From assembly GCA_942492995.1 (NCBI GenBank), contig OW818653.1, forward strand, positions 1,950,001-1,982,000: 32,000 bases of DNA, written 5' to 3'. Position numbers and translations under genes: made by a program. The notes under the pieces were generated by a model, which was not told the origin of the DNA, ran no database searches, and saw only the letters and a program-made list of their open reading frames with translations. Positions 14,315 through 23,120 of the stretch are shown here, in pieces (positions within the stretch are counted from its first letter, which is position 1; each line of letters starts with the position of its first letter). The stretch comes from an uncultured Erysipelotrichaceae bacterium. GTDB lineage: Bacteria > Bacillota_I > Bacilli_A > Erysipelotrichales > Erysipelotrichaceae.

Positions 14315-15088
14315 ATGTCAAATAAAAGAATGCCGGCTTTATTCGTAGGTCATGGATCACCGATGAATGCAATAGAAGATAATAAATATGTTCAGGGATG
14401 GAAAGAGATTGCAGGATCGTTTGATAAACCTAAGGCGATTCTTGTAGTGTCAGCGCATTGGGTAACACAAGGAACACGAATCAATGACTCCATAAAACCT
14501 AAACAAATTTATGACATGGGTGGATTTCCTGAAGAATTATATAAACTTGTTTATGATGTGCCTGGTTCACCAGAATTAGCGCATGAAACAATCAAACACA
14601 TTAAACGAGAAGTGATGGTGGATAATAGTTGGGGAATGGATCATGGCACATGGTCTGTGCTATGTAAAATGTATCCCAATGCGGATATTCCTGTATTTCA
14701 GCTAAGTATTGATCATAAAGCGAGTGCAGAAACACATTTTCAAATTGGACGTGAATTAAGTGCACTTCGTAATATGGGTGTATTAATACTTGGAAGTGGG
14801 AATGTAGTACATAATTTATCACGTATTAATTGGGACATGGAGGGTGGTTATCCATGGGCTGAAGAGTTTGACAACTATATCAAAACGAATATTATCAATA
14901 AGAGATATGATAATGTCATAAATTATAAATTAGTTGGTCAATCTTCCAGTCTAGCATTCTTCACAACTGAACATTTCTATCCATTACTTTATGTGTTAGG
15001 TGCGTCCAGTGAAGAAGACACATTATCAATTTTCAATCAATCTTGTTTAATGGGTTCAATGTCTATGACCTGTTACTTATTTATTTAA
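14315..15088 (+). CDS. 4,5-DOPA dioxygenase extradiol family (YgiD-like)
   Basis: The ATG at 14315 follows AAAGGGGAA. MPALFVGHGSPMNAIEDN... is collinear with E. coli YgiD. Confidence 0.85.
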   Translation: MSNKRMPALFVGHGSPMNAIEDNKYVQGWKEIAGSFDKPKAILVVSAHWVTQGTRINDSIKPKQIYDMGGFPEELYKLVYDVPGSPELAHETIKHIKREVMVDNSWGMDHGTWSVLCKMYPNADIPVFQLSIDHKASAETHFQIGRELSALRNMGVLILGSGNVVHNLSRINWDMEGGYPWAEEFDNYIKTNIINKRYDNVINYKLVGQSSSLAFFTTEHFYPLLYVLGASSEEDTLSIFNQSCLMGSMSMTCYLFI

Positions 15089-15103
15089 AATATAGTGTAA
15101 TAA

Positions 15104-15135
15104 AAACTGCACCGAAGATTTGGTGCAGTTTGTTT
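15104..15135. terminator. bidirectional terminator between ygiD-like and uppP
   Basis: Stem AAACTGCACC / GGTGCAGTTT flanked by A/T runs on both sides. Confidence 0.75.
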
Positions 15136-15136
15136 A

Positions 15137-15940
15137 CTATATGAACAACAAGGTTAATACGACAAGCGCTAACGCAATTCGATAGTACGCAAAATACGTA
15201 AAGTCATGTTTCTTAACATAATCCATCAAGAAACGTATAACCAATAGTGATACAACAAATGCGACAATTGTACCTGTCGCAAGGACGGTCCATTCAAGTG
15301 ATGACCATGTGAATCCTGCTTTAATCAACTTAATGAAACTAGCCCCGAACATCATTGGGATAGCTAGGAAGAAAGAGAATTCTGCCGCAACGGTACGACT
15401 TGCGCCTAATACGATTGCGCCAAGTATTGTTGCGCCACTACGTGATGTGCCAGGAATAAGCGCTAAGACTTGGAAAGCACCAATTAATAACGCATCTTTA
15501 TATGTAATTAAACTTAATGTGTTTTTAGGATGATCTTTTTTGGTCTTTTCGATGTAGATAAATAGAACACCATAAACGAATAGTGTGATCGCTATGACAA
15601 TCGGTTTGTATAATACGGTATCGATAATATCATCAAATAATAAACCAATGACTGCGCCAGGGAATGCCGCAATAATGATTTTTATCCATAATAGAATTGT
15701 ATTGTGTTGGTGAGTTTTAGAGGAAGATGACCAAGGGAATAACTTATTAAAGAATAAGACAATTACCGCAATAATCGATCCAAGTTGGATAAATACTAAG
15801 AAGAGATCGACGAATTCTTTTGAGAATGATAGTGGGAACCAATGGTTAAATAAAATCATATGTCCAGTTGAACTAACTGGTAACCATTCTGTGATTCCTT
15901 GGATAATACCTAATAATATAGCCTTGATAATTTCTAACAT
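15137..15940 (-). CDS. uppP: undecaprenyl-diphosphate phosphatase
   Basis: 267 aa polytopic membrane protein. The GITEWLPVSSTGHM and PGTSRSGATI motifs are diagnostic of BacA/UppP. Confidence 0.93.
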   Translation of the reverse strand: MLEIIKAILLGIIQGITEWLPVSSTGHMILFNHWFPLSFSKEFVDLFLVFIQLGSIIAVIVLFFNKLFPWSSSSKTHQHNTILLWIKIIIAAFPGAVIGLLFDDIIDTVLYKPIVIAITLFVYGVLFIYIEKTKKDHPKNTLSLITYKDALLIGAFQVLALIPGTSRSGATILGAIVLGASRTVAAEFSFFLAIPMMFGASFIKLIKAGFTWSSLEWTVLATGTIVAFVVSLLVIRFLMDYVKKHDFTYFAYYRIALALVVLTLLFI

Positions 15941-16036
15941 AACTTACCTCATCTTAAGTATTATACCATTCAGAGAGAATTTCAAAAGACAAAGAAATAC
16001 GAAATATGGCATAATAAAATGGATAGAGGTGAAAAT

Positions 16037-16957
16037 ATGCGTGCATTAATAAGTGAAATAGACACATTACCAAATGATATCGAAAATCGATTAAAAACGT
16101 TGGGTTTAGAGTTTGATATTATTTTAGAAACGGATCAAGTTAAACATCCGGAAATATATGATTTTGTCTATGGTGCGAATCATGTGAAGAAGATTGGATT
16201 AGATAAATTTACACAGTTAAAATGGATTCAAAATTCATATGCTGGTTATAATAATTTACCGGTTGATGAATGGAAGGCAAAAGGAATCGTATTTACGAAT
16301 GCGAAAGATGTCTTTAGTGATCCAATAGCGGAGTGGGTTGTGTTGTATATCTTAATGTACTATAAGAATGCGATACTTAATTACCAACTTCAGAAAGAAG
16401 GAAATTGGGAACGTAAACATAATCGTGAACTTGAAAATATGAATGTATGCATTGTTGGGATTGGAAGTATTGGTCAAGCGATACGAAAACGTCTAGAACC
16501 ATTTAATGTGCATTTTATCGGGGTAAACTCGAAAGGCACACCAACGGATGGATTTAGTACAGTATACGCTGTGAAGGACTTAGAAACAGCTGTGATGATG
16601 AGTGATGTGGTTGTGATTACGTTACCACTTAATGAACAGACGAATAATTTATTTAGTCGAGAAATTCTCTTCAAGATGAAAAAAGGTTCAATTTTACTAA
16701 ATGTGGGTAGAGGAAGAATTATTGATGAAGTTGCGTTAGTTGAAGCACTTGAATCTGTACATCTTGGTTTTTGCGCATTGGATGTAATGGCAAAAGAACC
16801 TGTTGAAAAAGATTCCCCACTTTGGGATTGTAAGAACTTACTCTTAACGCCTCATGTTAGTGGGACAGGTGATTACACTAAAGAAAGACTTTGGAATTTA
16901 TTTGAAGAGAACTGTCATCTCTTTGTACAGGGATTAGAATTAAAAAATATCGTATAA
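16037..16957 (+). CDS. D-isomer-specific 2-hydroxyacid dehydrogenase family protein
   Basis: The ATG at 16037 follows AGAGGTGA. NAD motif VGIGSIGQA, with the catalytic region GRG...D and LTPHVSG. Confidence 0.85.
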   Translation: MRALISEIDTLPNDIENRLKTLGLEFDIILETDQVKHPEIYDFVYGANHVKKIGLDKFTQLKWIQNSYAGYNNLPVDEWKAKGIVFTNAKDVFSDPIAEWVVLYILMYYKNAILNYQLQKEGNWERKHNRELENMNVCIVGIGSIGQAIRKRLEPFNVHFIGVNSKGTPTDGFSTVYAVKDLETAVMMSDVVVITLPLNEQTNNLFSREILFKMKKGSILLNVGRGRIIDEVALVEALESVHLGFCALDVMAKEPVEKDSPLWDCKNLLLTPHVSGTGDYTKERLWNLFEENCHLFVQGLELKNIV

Positions 16958-16980
16958 AAAGGGACATTGTCCCTTTATTT
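16953..16980. terminator. bidirectional terminator
   Basis: Stem AAAGGGAC / GTCCCTTT with loop ATT and A/T runs on both sides. It lies between convergent genes. Confidence 0.7.
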
Positions 16981-17322
16981 ATATTCGTTATACTTTAAGT
17001 TTTTACCTTTAACTAATTCTTTCGGATATTTCTTACGATTATCCTTCATCTTTTCTTCTAACGCAGAATTAAGATCAATCTGATATACATCACACAGTCT
17101 AAGTAAGTAATAATATACATCTGCACATTCATCTTCAATCATCTTACGATGTGTATTTAAATACTCAATACTTTGCGCTTCATCTTTAAATCTAAAGTGT
17201 TGAAGTAACTCATTACTCTCAGTACTTAACCCAATAGCCAAATCTTTGATGGAATGGAACTGGTCCCAATCGCGTTCTTCGCAAAATTCTCTTATCGATT
17301 GAATTAATTCTTCTTGGTTCAT
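16975..17322 (-). CDS. MazG-like nucleotide pyrophosphohydrolase
   Basis: 115 aa. REFCEERDWDQFHS...L..E..EL...F and the E..DV..YL motif are typical of the all-alpha NTP-PPase (MazG/YpjD) family. Confidence 0.85.
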   Translation of the reverse strand: MNQEELIQSIREFCEERDWDQFHSIKDLAIGLSTESNELLQHFRFKDEAQSIEYLNTHRKMIEDECADVYYYLLRLCDVYQIDLNSALEEKMKDNRKKYPKELVKGKNLKYNEYK

Positions 17323-17870
17323 TATCGGCCATTCCCTTCATTGATTAATGCGTATAAGAAATGATCTTTCCATTCACCATTCACATGGAATGATTTAAGT
17401 AAACGCCCTTCAAAAATGAAGTTAAAATGGGTTAAGAGTTGAATGGTATACACATCATCGGGTAAGACTGGCGCATAGATAATATGTACGCCTCGATTCT
17501 TAAATAAGAAATCGATAATACTTTTTAATATAAGTGATCCAAATTCGATATTACGATAACGATAATCGATTAAGATACGCATTGTCACATGATTATGATT
17601 TCGATTCGGATCGCGGATTGTCTTAACTTTAGCAAGAATCTTCTTTCCGTTATGCGATAGAATACCAAACGCATAACCTTCATCACGTTCAAAATCGATA
17701 ACACTTTGTATGACAAATTTCTGTTGAACTTCAATCGTATAATAATCCGATAATTTAGTCGTAGAAAAATTATCGACGTAGAATCGGTTTTCTTGGTGAA
17801 ACTTGAGCCATAATTCAGCTTTTATTTCGTGCATCGGTTTTATAATGTATTCGCCACATTGTATTTGCAT
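17322..17870 (-). CDS. GNAT family N-acetyltransferase (RimJ/RimL-like)
   Basis: 182 aa. The layout and the C-terminal ...FEGRLLKSFHVNGEWKDHFLYAL resemble RimJ/RimL-type GNATs. Its stop overlaps the mazG-like start (TAATG). Confidence 0.75.
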   Translation of the reverse strand: MQIQCGEYIIKPMHEIKAELWLKFHQENRFYVDNFSTTKLSDYYTIEVQQKFVIQSVIDFERDEGYAFGILSHNGKKILAKVKTIRDPNRNHNHVTMRILIDYRYRNIEFGSLILKSIIDFLFKNRGVHIIYAPVLPDDVYTIQLLTHFNFIFEGRLLKSFHVNGEWKDHFLYALINEGNGR

Positions 17871-17982
17871 AATATCTAGCTCTATTTTAAGTGATTCATA
17901 GATTAAAATATAGATATTTGATAGAATTTAAGTAATAAAGATTTTATTTCTTCATTTTACAACTTTATCAAGGAGATTAAAT

Positions 17983-19626
17983 ATGCCTATTCAATATCCA
18001 ATCCATATCACAGGACATAAACATCCGGATACGGACTCCATTTGTTCCGCAATTGGTTACACACACTTAAAAAATAAGCTCGGATTTGATTCGATTGCTT
18101 GTCGCTTAGGTGAGATAAACCATGAGACGGAATATGTTTTAAAACGATTTGGTTTTGAACATCCAATGATTTTAGATGACGCACGTATGCGATTAAACGA
18201 AATCGATATTGATCGTGCTGTCACAATAAGAGAAGAGACAACGATCTATGACGCATGGCAACTAATGAGTACTGAGAAAAAAGTGCTTTGTGTTGTGGAT
18301 GATCAAAATGTACTACTTGGTGTGCTCACAAATTCAAATTTATCATCAGTTGCGATGGGAGATACAGCGAAGAGTATTGAGCTATTAAGCAAAACTCCAA
18401 TTGAGTATATTGTTAAGACCATTAGCGGTGCTTTAATCTATTCACCTAAACAAACGCGTTTAAACGGTAAAGTAAGTATTATCGCAGTCGCAGAACATAA
18501 GTTAGATAGTTATGAACTTAAAGATCGTACTGTAATCGTTGGGAATGATGCGGAAGCGCAACTTCAAGCGATTGAAAAAGATGCGGCTTGTCTTGTCATC
18601 GTTTGGGCAGATTATGTAAGAGATGAAGTTATCAAAGCCGCAAAAGAAAAAGGATGTGCGATTATTCTATCCGGTCATGGGACATTGAATACTTCACGTT
18701 ATATCTTCTACTCCTCACCAATTAAGTTTATTATGTCGACAAATCTTGTCACATTTGATAAATCAGAGTTTGTGGATGATGTACTAAATAAAGTGGTTAA
18801 ATCCCGATATAGAAGTTATCCTGTTGTGGATGATAAAGGTAAGATATACGGATTAATTTCACGTTATCATCTATTAAATGCAAGACGCAAACAAATTATC
18901 CTAGTAGATCATAATGAAATTGCACAAAGTGTAGATGGATTAATGGAAGCTGATTTAGTTGAAGTTATCGATCATCATAGAATTGGTGATATTCAAACAA
19001 ATAAACCAATTAATTTTAGAAATCAATTAGTCGGTAGTACATGTACGATTATTGCGAACTTGTATGATGAAAATCGTGTACCACTTGAGAAGAAAATGGC
19101 TGGGTTATTATGTGCTGCGATCTTATCGGACACATTAAATTTTAAATCTCCAACAACAACACTCATTGATATTCATACAGCACAACGTTGTGCAAGAATC
19201 GCAGAACTTAATACCGACGCTTTAGCGAAAGATATCTTTACTGAAGGTGCAGGTCTACATGAAAAATCAGCACTTGAAATTATCGAAAATGATATTAAAG
19301 AATTCCAAATTGGAAATTATCGTGTACGTGTTGGTCAAATGAGTTTATTCGATATTAACCAAGTTGAAGCTGTAAGAGAAGATATAGTGAAGGCGATGAA
19401 GAGTTATGTCGATGAGAAACGTATTGATTTGATACTCTTACTCTTCACAAGTTTAGAACATCATGGTTCCGCGATGTTATACATGGGTAAAGAGAAATGG
19501 ATTGCGGAAGAAGCGTATGCTGGTATCGATAATAATCGTTTAAGTTTATTCCCAGATATCTTATCTCGTAAGAAACAAGTTATTCCGAGATTATCAAGTG
19601 TCGTGGAAGGAAGGACAAGTCTATGA
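17983..19626 (+). CDS. ppaC: CBS-domain-containing family II inorganic pyrophosphatase (DHH-CBS-DRTGG-DHHA2)
   Basis: 547 aa. N-terminal ITGHKHPDTDSICSA (DHH motif I), DHNE and DHHRIG motifs, an internal CBS/DRTGG insert, and the C-terminal DHHA2 region. Confidence 0.88.
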   Translation: MPIQYPIHITGHKHPDTDSICSAIGYTHLKNKLGFDSIACRLGEINHETEYVLKRFGFEHPMILDDARMRLNEIDIDRAVTIREETTIYDAWQLMSTEKKVLCVVDDQNVLLGVLTNSNLSSVAMGDTAKSIELLSKTPIEYIVKTISGALIYSPKQTRLNGKVSIIAVAEHKLDSYELKDRTVIVGNDAEAQLQAIEKDAACLVIVWADYVRDEVIKAAKEKGCAIILSGHGTLNTSRYIFYSSPIKFIMSTNLVTFDKSEFVDDVLNKVVKSRYRSYPVVDDKGKIYGLISRYHLLNARRKQIILVDHNEIAQSVDGLMEADLVEVIDHHRIGDIQTNKPINFRNQLVGSTCTIIANLYDENRVPLEKKMAGLLCAAILSDTLNFKSPTTTLIDIHTAQRCARIAELNTDALAKDIFTEGAGLHEKSALEIIENDIKEFQIGNYRVRVGQMSLFDINQVEAVREDIVKAMKSYVDEKRIDLILLLFTSLEHHGSAMLYMGKEKWIAEEAYAGIDNNRLSLFPDILSRKKQVIPRLSSVVEGRTSL

Positions 19627-20603
19627 ACATCGCAACAGTAGGGACGTCGGTTATTACGCAACATTTCATTGATGCGCTTAAGCATGAACCATTCTTTAAA
19701 TTAACGCATATTTATTCTAGAAGTGAAGAAAAAGGAATAGAGTTTGCGAGTCAATATGGTGTAGGAGTAATTAGTGATTGGGATGTATTACTTAATCATC
19801 CTGAGATAGATGTAATTTATTTGGCAAGTCCAAATGATGTGCATTTTAGTCAATGTATCGATGTGTTAAGAGCACATAAACATGTTATTTGTGAAAAGCC
19901 GTTTGTCAGTAATCTACGTGAATTTAATCAAGTTATGGAAGTTGTGAATGAAACTAAACATTTCTGTTTTGATGCGATGACCGTGATGCACCTTCCTAAT
20001 CTCAAAGTCCTTAAAGAAGCTCTCGTTAAGATTGAACCAATTAAACTCATGAATAGCGCAATGGTTCAATATTCAAGTCGATATGATGTATTACTTCAAG
20101 GTACTGTTCCTAATATCTTTGATTTAGATCATTCAGGTGGCGCATTAATGGATCTTGGGGTTTATCCAATGGGTTTGAGTATCGCATTGTTTGGTAAACC
20201 TGAGTCACTTCATTATGAGTGTAATCGTTATGTTAATGGGATCGATTTGTCAGGCGTATTAACATTAAAATATCCAGATAAGGTTGTTGTATGTGTGATT
20301 GGCAAGGACAGTCGTGGCCAAAACTTTACGTACATTAGTGGAGAAAAAGGCGCAATCGTTGTGCCTGAACAAGCATCACGTTTAGTGAATGTTCAATTAG
20401 TGACTCCAAAAGAAACCGTAGAACTTGGGGTTGAACAAGCTAAGAATGCGATGGTTCATGAAATACAAGCATTTGCGGATATCTTAAAAAATAACGATTG
20501 GGATACATTCCAATCTCATGTTAAGAATAGTGAAATTTTAATGACGTGTTTAGATCAAGCACGTAAACAAGCGAATATTGTGTTTAAAGCAGATAAGGTT
20601 TAA
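19623..20603 (+). CDS. Gfo/Idh/MocA family oxidoreductase
   Basis: ATGA overlap with the upstream gene. It has the EKP motif (VICEKPF) and an N-terminal Rossmann-like region. Confidence 0.78.
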   Translation: MNIATVGTSVITQHFIDALKHEPFFKLTHIYSRSEEKGIEFASQYGVGVISDWDVLLNHPEIDVIYLASPNDVHFSQCIDVLRAHKHVICEKPFVSNLREFNQVMEVVNETKHFCFDAMTVMHLPNLKVLKEALVKIEPIKLMNSAMVQYSSRYDVLLQGTVPNIFDLDHSGGALMDLGVYPMGLSIALFGKPESLHYECNRYVNGIDLSGVLTLKYPDKVVVCVIGKDSRGQNFTYISGEKGAIVVPEQASRLVNVQLVTPKETVELGVEQAKNAMVHEIQAFADILKNNDWDTFQSHVKNSEILMTCLDQARKQANIVFKADKV

Positions 20604-20977
20604 TCTACACTGATAAAGAAATCTAAATAAGGTAGATTATGCGGAATCCAATTTAATTGTTTGATTGTACTTTTTTCAACCCAAAGTAATTCATTATATA
20701 CTTTTGGGATTAGTTCTTGATAAGGGATAATCTTGAAGAAATGTAAAACGAAAATACCATATTCATTTTCTACGGTAATCGATTTAAGAAATTGATTATC
20801 AAACGATGTAAGATTTACTTCTTCAAATAGCTCGCGTTTAAGTGCATCTTCTAGTGATTCATTCGCTTCAACTTTACCACCCGGACATTCCATATATCCA
20901 AGGTAGGGTTCAGATAAGCGTTTAGCGACACATAGTTTATGATTATCGTAGATTAGACCTATTACAACATGTTTCAT
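20600..20977 (-). CDS. NUDIX hydrolase (MutT-like)
   Basis: Nudix box GGKVEANESLEDALKRELFEEVNL. The track start is a TTG at 20998 without an SD. I prefer the ATG at 20977, placed 6 nt after a perfect extended -10. Confidence 0.8.
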   Translation of the reverse strand: MKHVVIGLIYDNHKLCVAKRLSEPYLGYMECPGGKVEANESLEDALKRELFEEVNLTSFDNQFLKSITVENEYGIFVLHFFKIIPYQELIPKVYNELLWVEKSTIKQLNWIPHNLPYLDFFISVD

Positions 20978-20983
20978 AGGTCG

Positions 20984-20992
20984 ATTATAACA
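20984..20992 (-). promoter_or_regulatory. extended -10 promoter TGTTATAAT driving a leaderless NUDIX mRNA
   Basis: The minus strand reads TGTTATAAT-cgacct-ATG, with no SD between them. Confidence 0.6.
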
Positions 20993-21021
20993 ATTCAATT
21001 TATTAAAGGGTAGAGGTCAAT

Positions 21022-21843
21022 ATGAAAATCGCATTACTATATGATTTTGATAAAACGTTATCGTACAAAGACATGCAAGAGTATGGATTTTTTGATGACT
21101 TGAAAATCGAAGATTCCACAACATTTTGGAGTCATGTGAATCAAAAGGCTGAAGCTCAAGAAATGGATCATATTCTAGCGTATCTCCATGAAATGATTGT
21201 CCAGACGCAAGCACGCGGTATTAAATTAAGTCGTGAAATGTTAGCGAAATATGGCTCACAAATTGATTTTTATCCTGGTGTAGTGGATTGGTTTGAACAT
21301 ATCAATCAAGTAGCGAAGAATCAATCAATTGAACTTGAACATTACATTATTTCATCTGGTTTAAAAGAGATTATTGATCATACACCAATTGCGCAATACT
21401 TTAAAAAAGTATATGCCTGTGAATATTTATACAATGAAAATGGTCAAGCAATATGGCCGAAATTATCGGTAAATTATACGATAAAGACACAGTTTTTATA
21501 TCGTATTAATAAGGGTATATTGGATATTAATAATGATGCGGATTTAAATCGTTTCCAAAAAGAAGAAGATCGTCCAGTACCATTTAGTCATATGATATAT
21601 ATCGGGGATGGATTTACCGATGTACCAAGTATGAAACTTGTAAAAATGAATGGGGGACATGCGATTGCGGTTGTACCATATGGTAAGAAATCAACGCATG
21701 AGAGTCAAACATTATTTGAGGATCGACGTGTCGATTTTGTGGCAGAAGCGGATTATCGTGAAGGTCAAGAAATTGATCAAATTATACAAGCTATCTTTAG
21801 TTCTCTATTAAGTAAAAAGAAACTGGATGAATTAAAACCATGA
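21022..21843 (+). CDS. HAD superfamily hydrolase (subfamily IB-like)
   Basis: Motif I DFDKT, motif II ISSG, motif IV GDGFTD. SD AGAGG. Confidence 0.8.
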   Translation: MKIALLYDFDKTLSYKDMQEYGFFDDLKIEDSTTFWSHVNQKAEAQEMDHILAYLHEMIVQTQARGIKLSREMLAKYGSQIDFYPGVVDWFEHINQVAKNQSIELEHYIISSGLKEIIDHTPIAQYFKKVYACEYLYNENGQAIWPKLSVNYTIKTQFLYRINKGILDINNDADLNRFQKEEDRPVPFSHMIYIGDGFTDVPSMKLVKMNGGHAIAVVPYGKKSTHESQTLFEDRRVDFVAEADYREGQEIDQIIQAIFSSLLSKKKLDELKP

Positions 21844-22571
21844 GCCAAAAATCAAACTCAGAACGATTTATCATTGCGTTTAGTACGATTGAAGGCGAAA
21901 TGAATCGAAGAGTTAAATCAGACCGATACATTTCATATTCAGAACTTGTTCGTCGTATGTCTAATATGGATCGTAACTATCATCGTTTTCAACGGTATTT
22001 AGAAGAATTCGGAGATTTGCGTAATGCGATTGTCCATGAACGAATCGATGGTGAAGTTATTGCGGAACCCCATTTAAAAGAAGTTGAATCAATTGAACAT
22101 ATCGCCCAGTTATTAACAGAACCAGAACGAGTAAAACCAAATTACTTGTCCAATGTGGAATATTGTCTCGATACGGATTCTCTTCAAGTTGGCTTAAATA
22201 AATTATTACCTAAACGTTATTCTAAATTACCGGTATACAACGATAAACTTCAATATAAAGGGTTAATCACAACCGATGCGATTAATGAATATCTCGTTAA
22301 AACTATTGATAAAATTCAAGGTAAATTACCAGATATAACGATTAATGATTTACTTCTACAAGATGAGAAAAAACGTACTGTTGAGTTTATACCAGCACAT
22401 GCAACACTATTAAGTGTCGTAATAAAGTTTGAACAATCACTCACGGCAGGTAAACGTTTAAATGCGCTAATTATTACCCAAGATGGCGCGAGCAATCAGA
22501 AACCATTAGGTATTATTTCAGTATCGGATTTACCTAGAATTTATGAAAATATTAATAAAGATTTACGCTAA
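21840..22571 (+). CDS. tandem-CBS protein with N-terminal helical HEPN-like domain (Rx4H)
   Basis: ATGA overlap with the HAD gene. Residues about 97-240 form two CBS repeats (..LPVYNDKLQYKGLITTDAI.., ..NALIITQDGASNQKPLGIISVSDL..). The N-terminus contains LRNAIVH at nt 22020-22037. Confidence 0.7.
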   Translation: MSQKSNSERFIIAFSTIEGEMNRRVKSDRYISYSELVRRMSNMDRNYHRFQRYLEEFGDLRNAIVHERIDGEVIAEPHLKEVESIEHIAQLLTEPERVKPNYLSNVEYCLDTDSLQVGLNKLLPKRYSKLPVYNDKLQYKGLITTDAINEYLVKTIDKIQGKLPDITINDLLLQDEKKRTVEFIPAHATLLSVVIKFEQSLTAGKRLNALIITQDGASNQKPLGIISVSDLPRIYENINKDLR

Positions 22572-23097
22572 GAAATAGGATTAATGAATAATAAATATAA
22601 GGTATAAAGGCAAAATTAACTTTTGTCTTTTTTATTGATTCGATAACTAACGCAAGTATAAAACTATTTCGTAATACGATTAGAAAATCCTGATTATTTA
22701 AAATAAGTGATAAACCAAATAGTATATATACATCGCCTAATCCAAATCCATTCGTTTTTAATGAGATTATCAATAATACAAAACAAATGAATAGATTAAT
22801 AAAACTAATATGAATCGGTTGATTAATGTAATGGATTAGAATAGATAAATAGAAAAGAATAATTAAGCGATCACTTATCGATTGGATACGATAATCCATC
22901 CAAGATAGTACGAATAGTATACAGATTAATGTGAATGAAATGATATTTAATGATAAGAAATATATAGGAATGATTAATACGTACTCATAAATAAATAATG
23001 TACGAAGATAATAATTCTTATTTAAATACTGTTCAAGTTTGATTAATGTATAAATAAGTATCATAAAGTTATATACGTAATAACTACATTTATCCAT
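22552..23097 (-). CDS. A24-family (prepilin peptidase-like) polytopic membrane protein; start uncertain
   Basis: It has WMDYRIQSISD and GFGLGDVYILFGL, which resemble the two Asp motifs of type IV prepilin peptidases, and a C-terminal FAFIPY. No SD at either candidate ATG (23097 or 23064). Confidence 0.45.
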   Translation of the reverse strand: MDKCSYYVYNFMILIYTLIKLEQYLNKNYYLRTLFIYEYVLIIPIYFLSLNIISFTLICILFVLSWMDYRIQSISDRLIILFYLSILIHYINQPIHISFINLFICFVLLIISLKTNGFGLGDVYILFGLSLILNNQDFLIVLRNSFILALVIESIKKTKVNFAFIPYIYYSLILFLSVNLY

Positions 23098-23120
23098 AAA
23101 AAAAGTGAGCTAGGCTCACT
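23097..23120 (-). terminator. terminator of the gcv operon
   Basis: Stem AGTGAGC / GCTCACT overlapping the gcvPB stop, followed by T8 on the minus strand. Confidence 0.7.

Noticed and set aside
17322-17870. GNAT as an AtaT/TacT-type TA toxin
   Set aside because: The sequence looks RimJ/RimL-like. The partner is a MazG enzyme, not a DUF1778/RHH antitoxin, and the gene order and size do not fit that TA family.
4292-19685. Other short shadow or alternative-frame ORFs in the track (4292-4531, 4624-4809, 7862-8077, 8270-8485, 8596-8781, 10351-10533, 11831-12139, 14601-14822, 15309-15533, 16474-16674, 19461-19685; also 21017-21214, 28416-28607 and 29607-29843 elsewhere)
   Set aside because: Each is nested in or antisense to a longer ORF with recognisable family motifs. 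None has an SD or recognisable domain.
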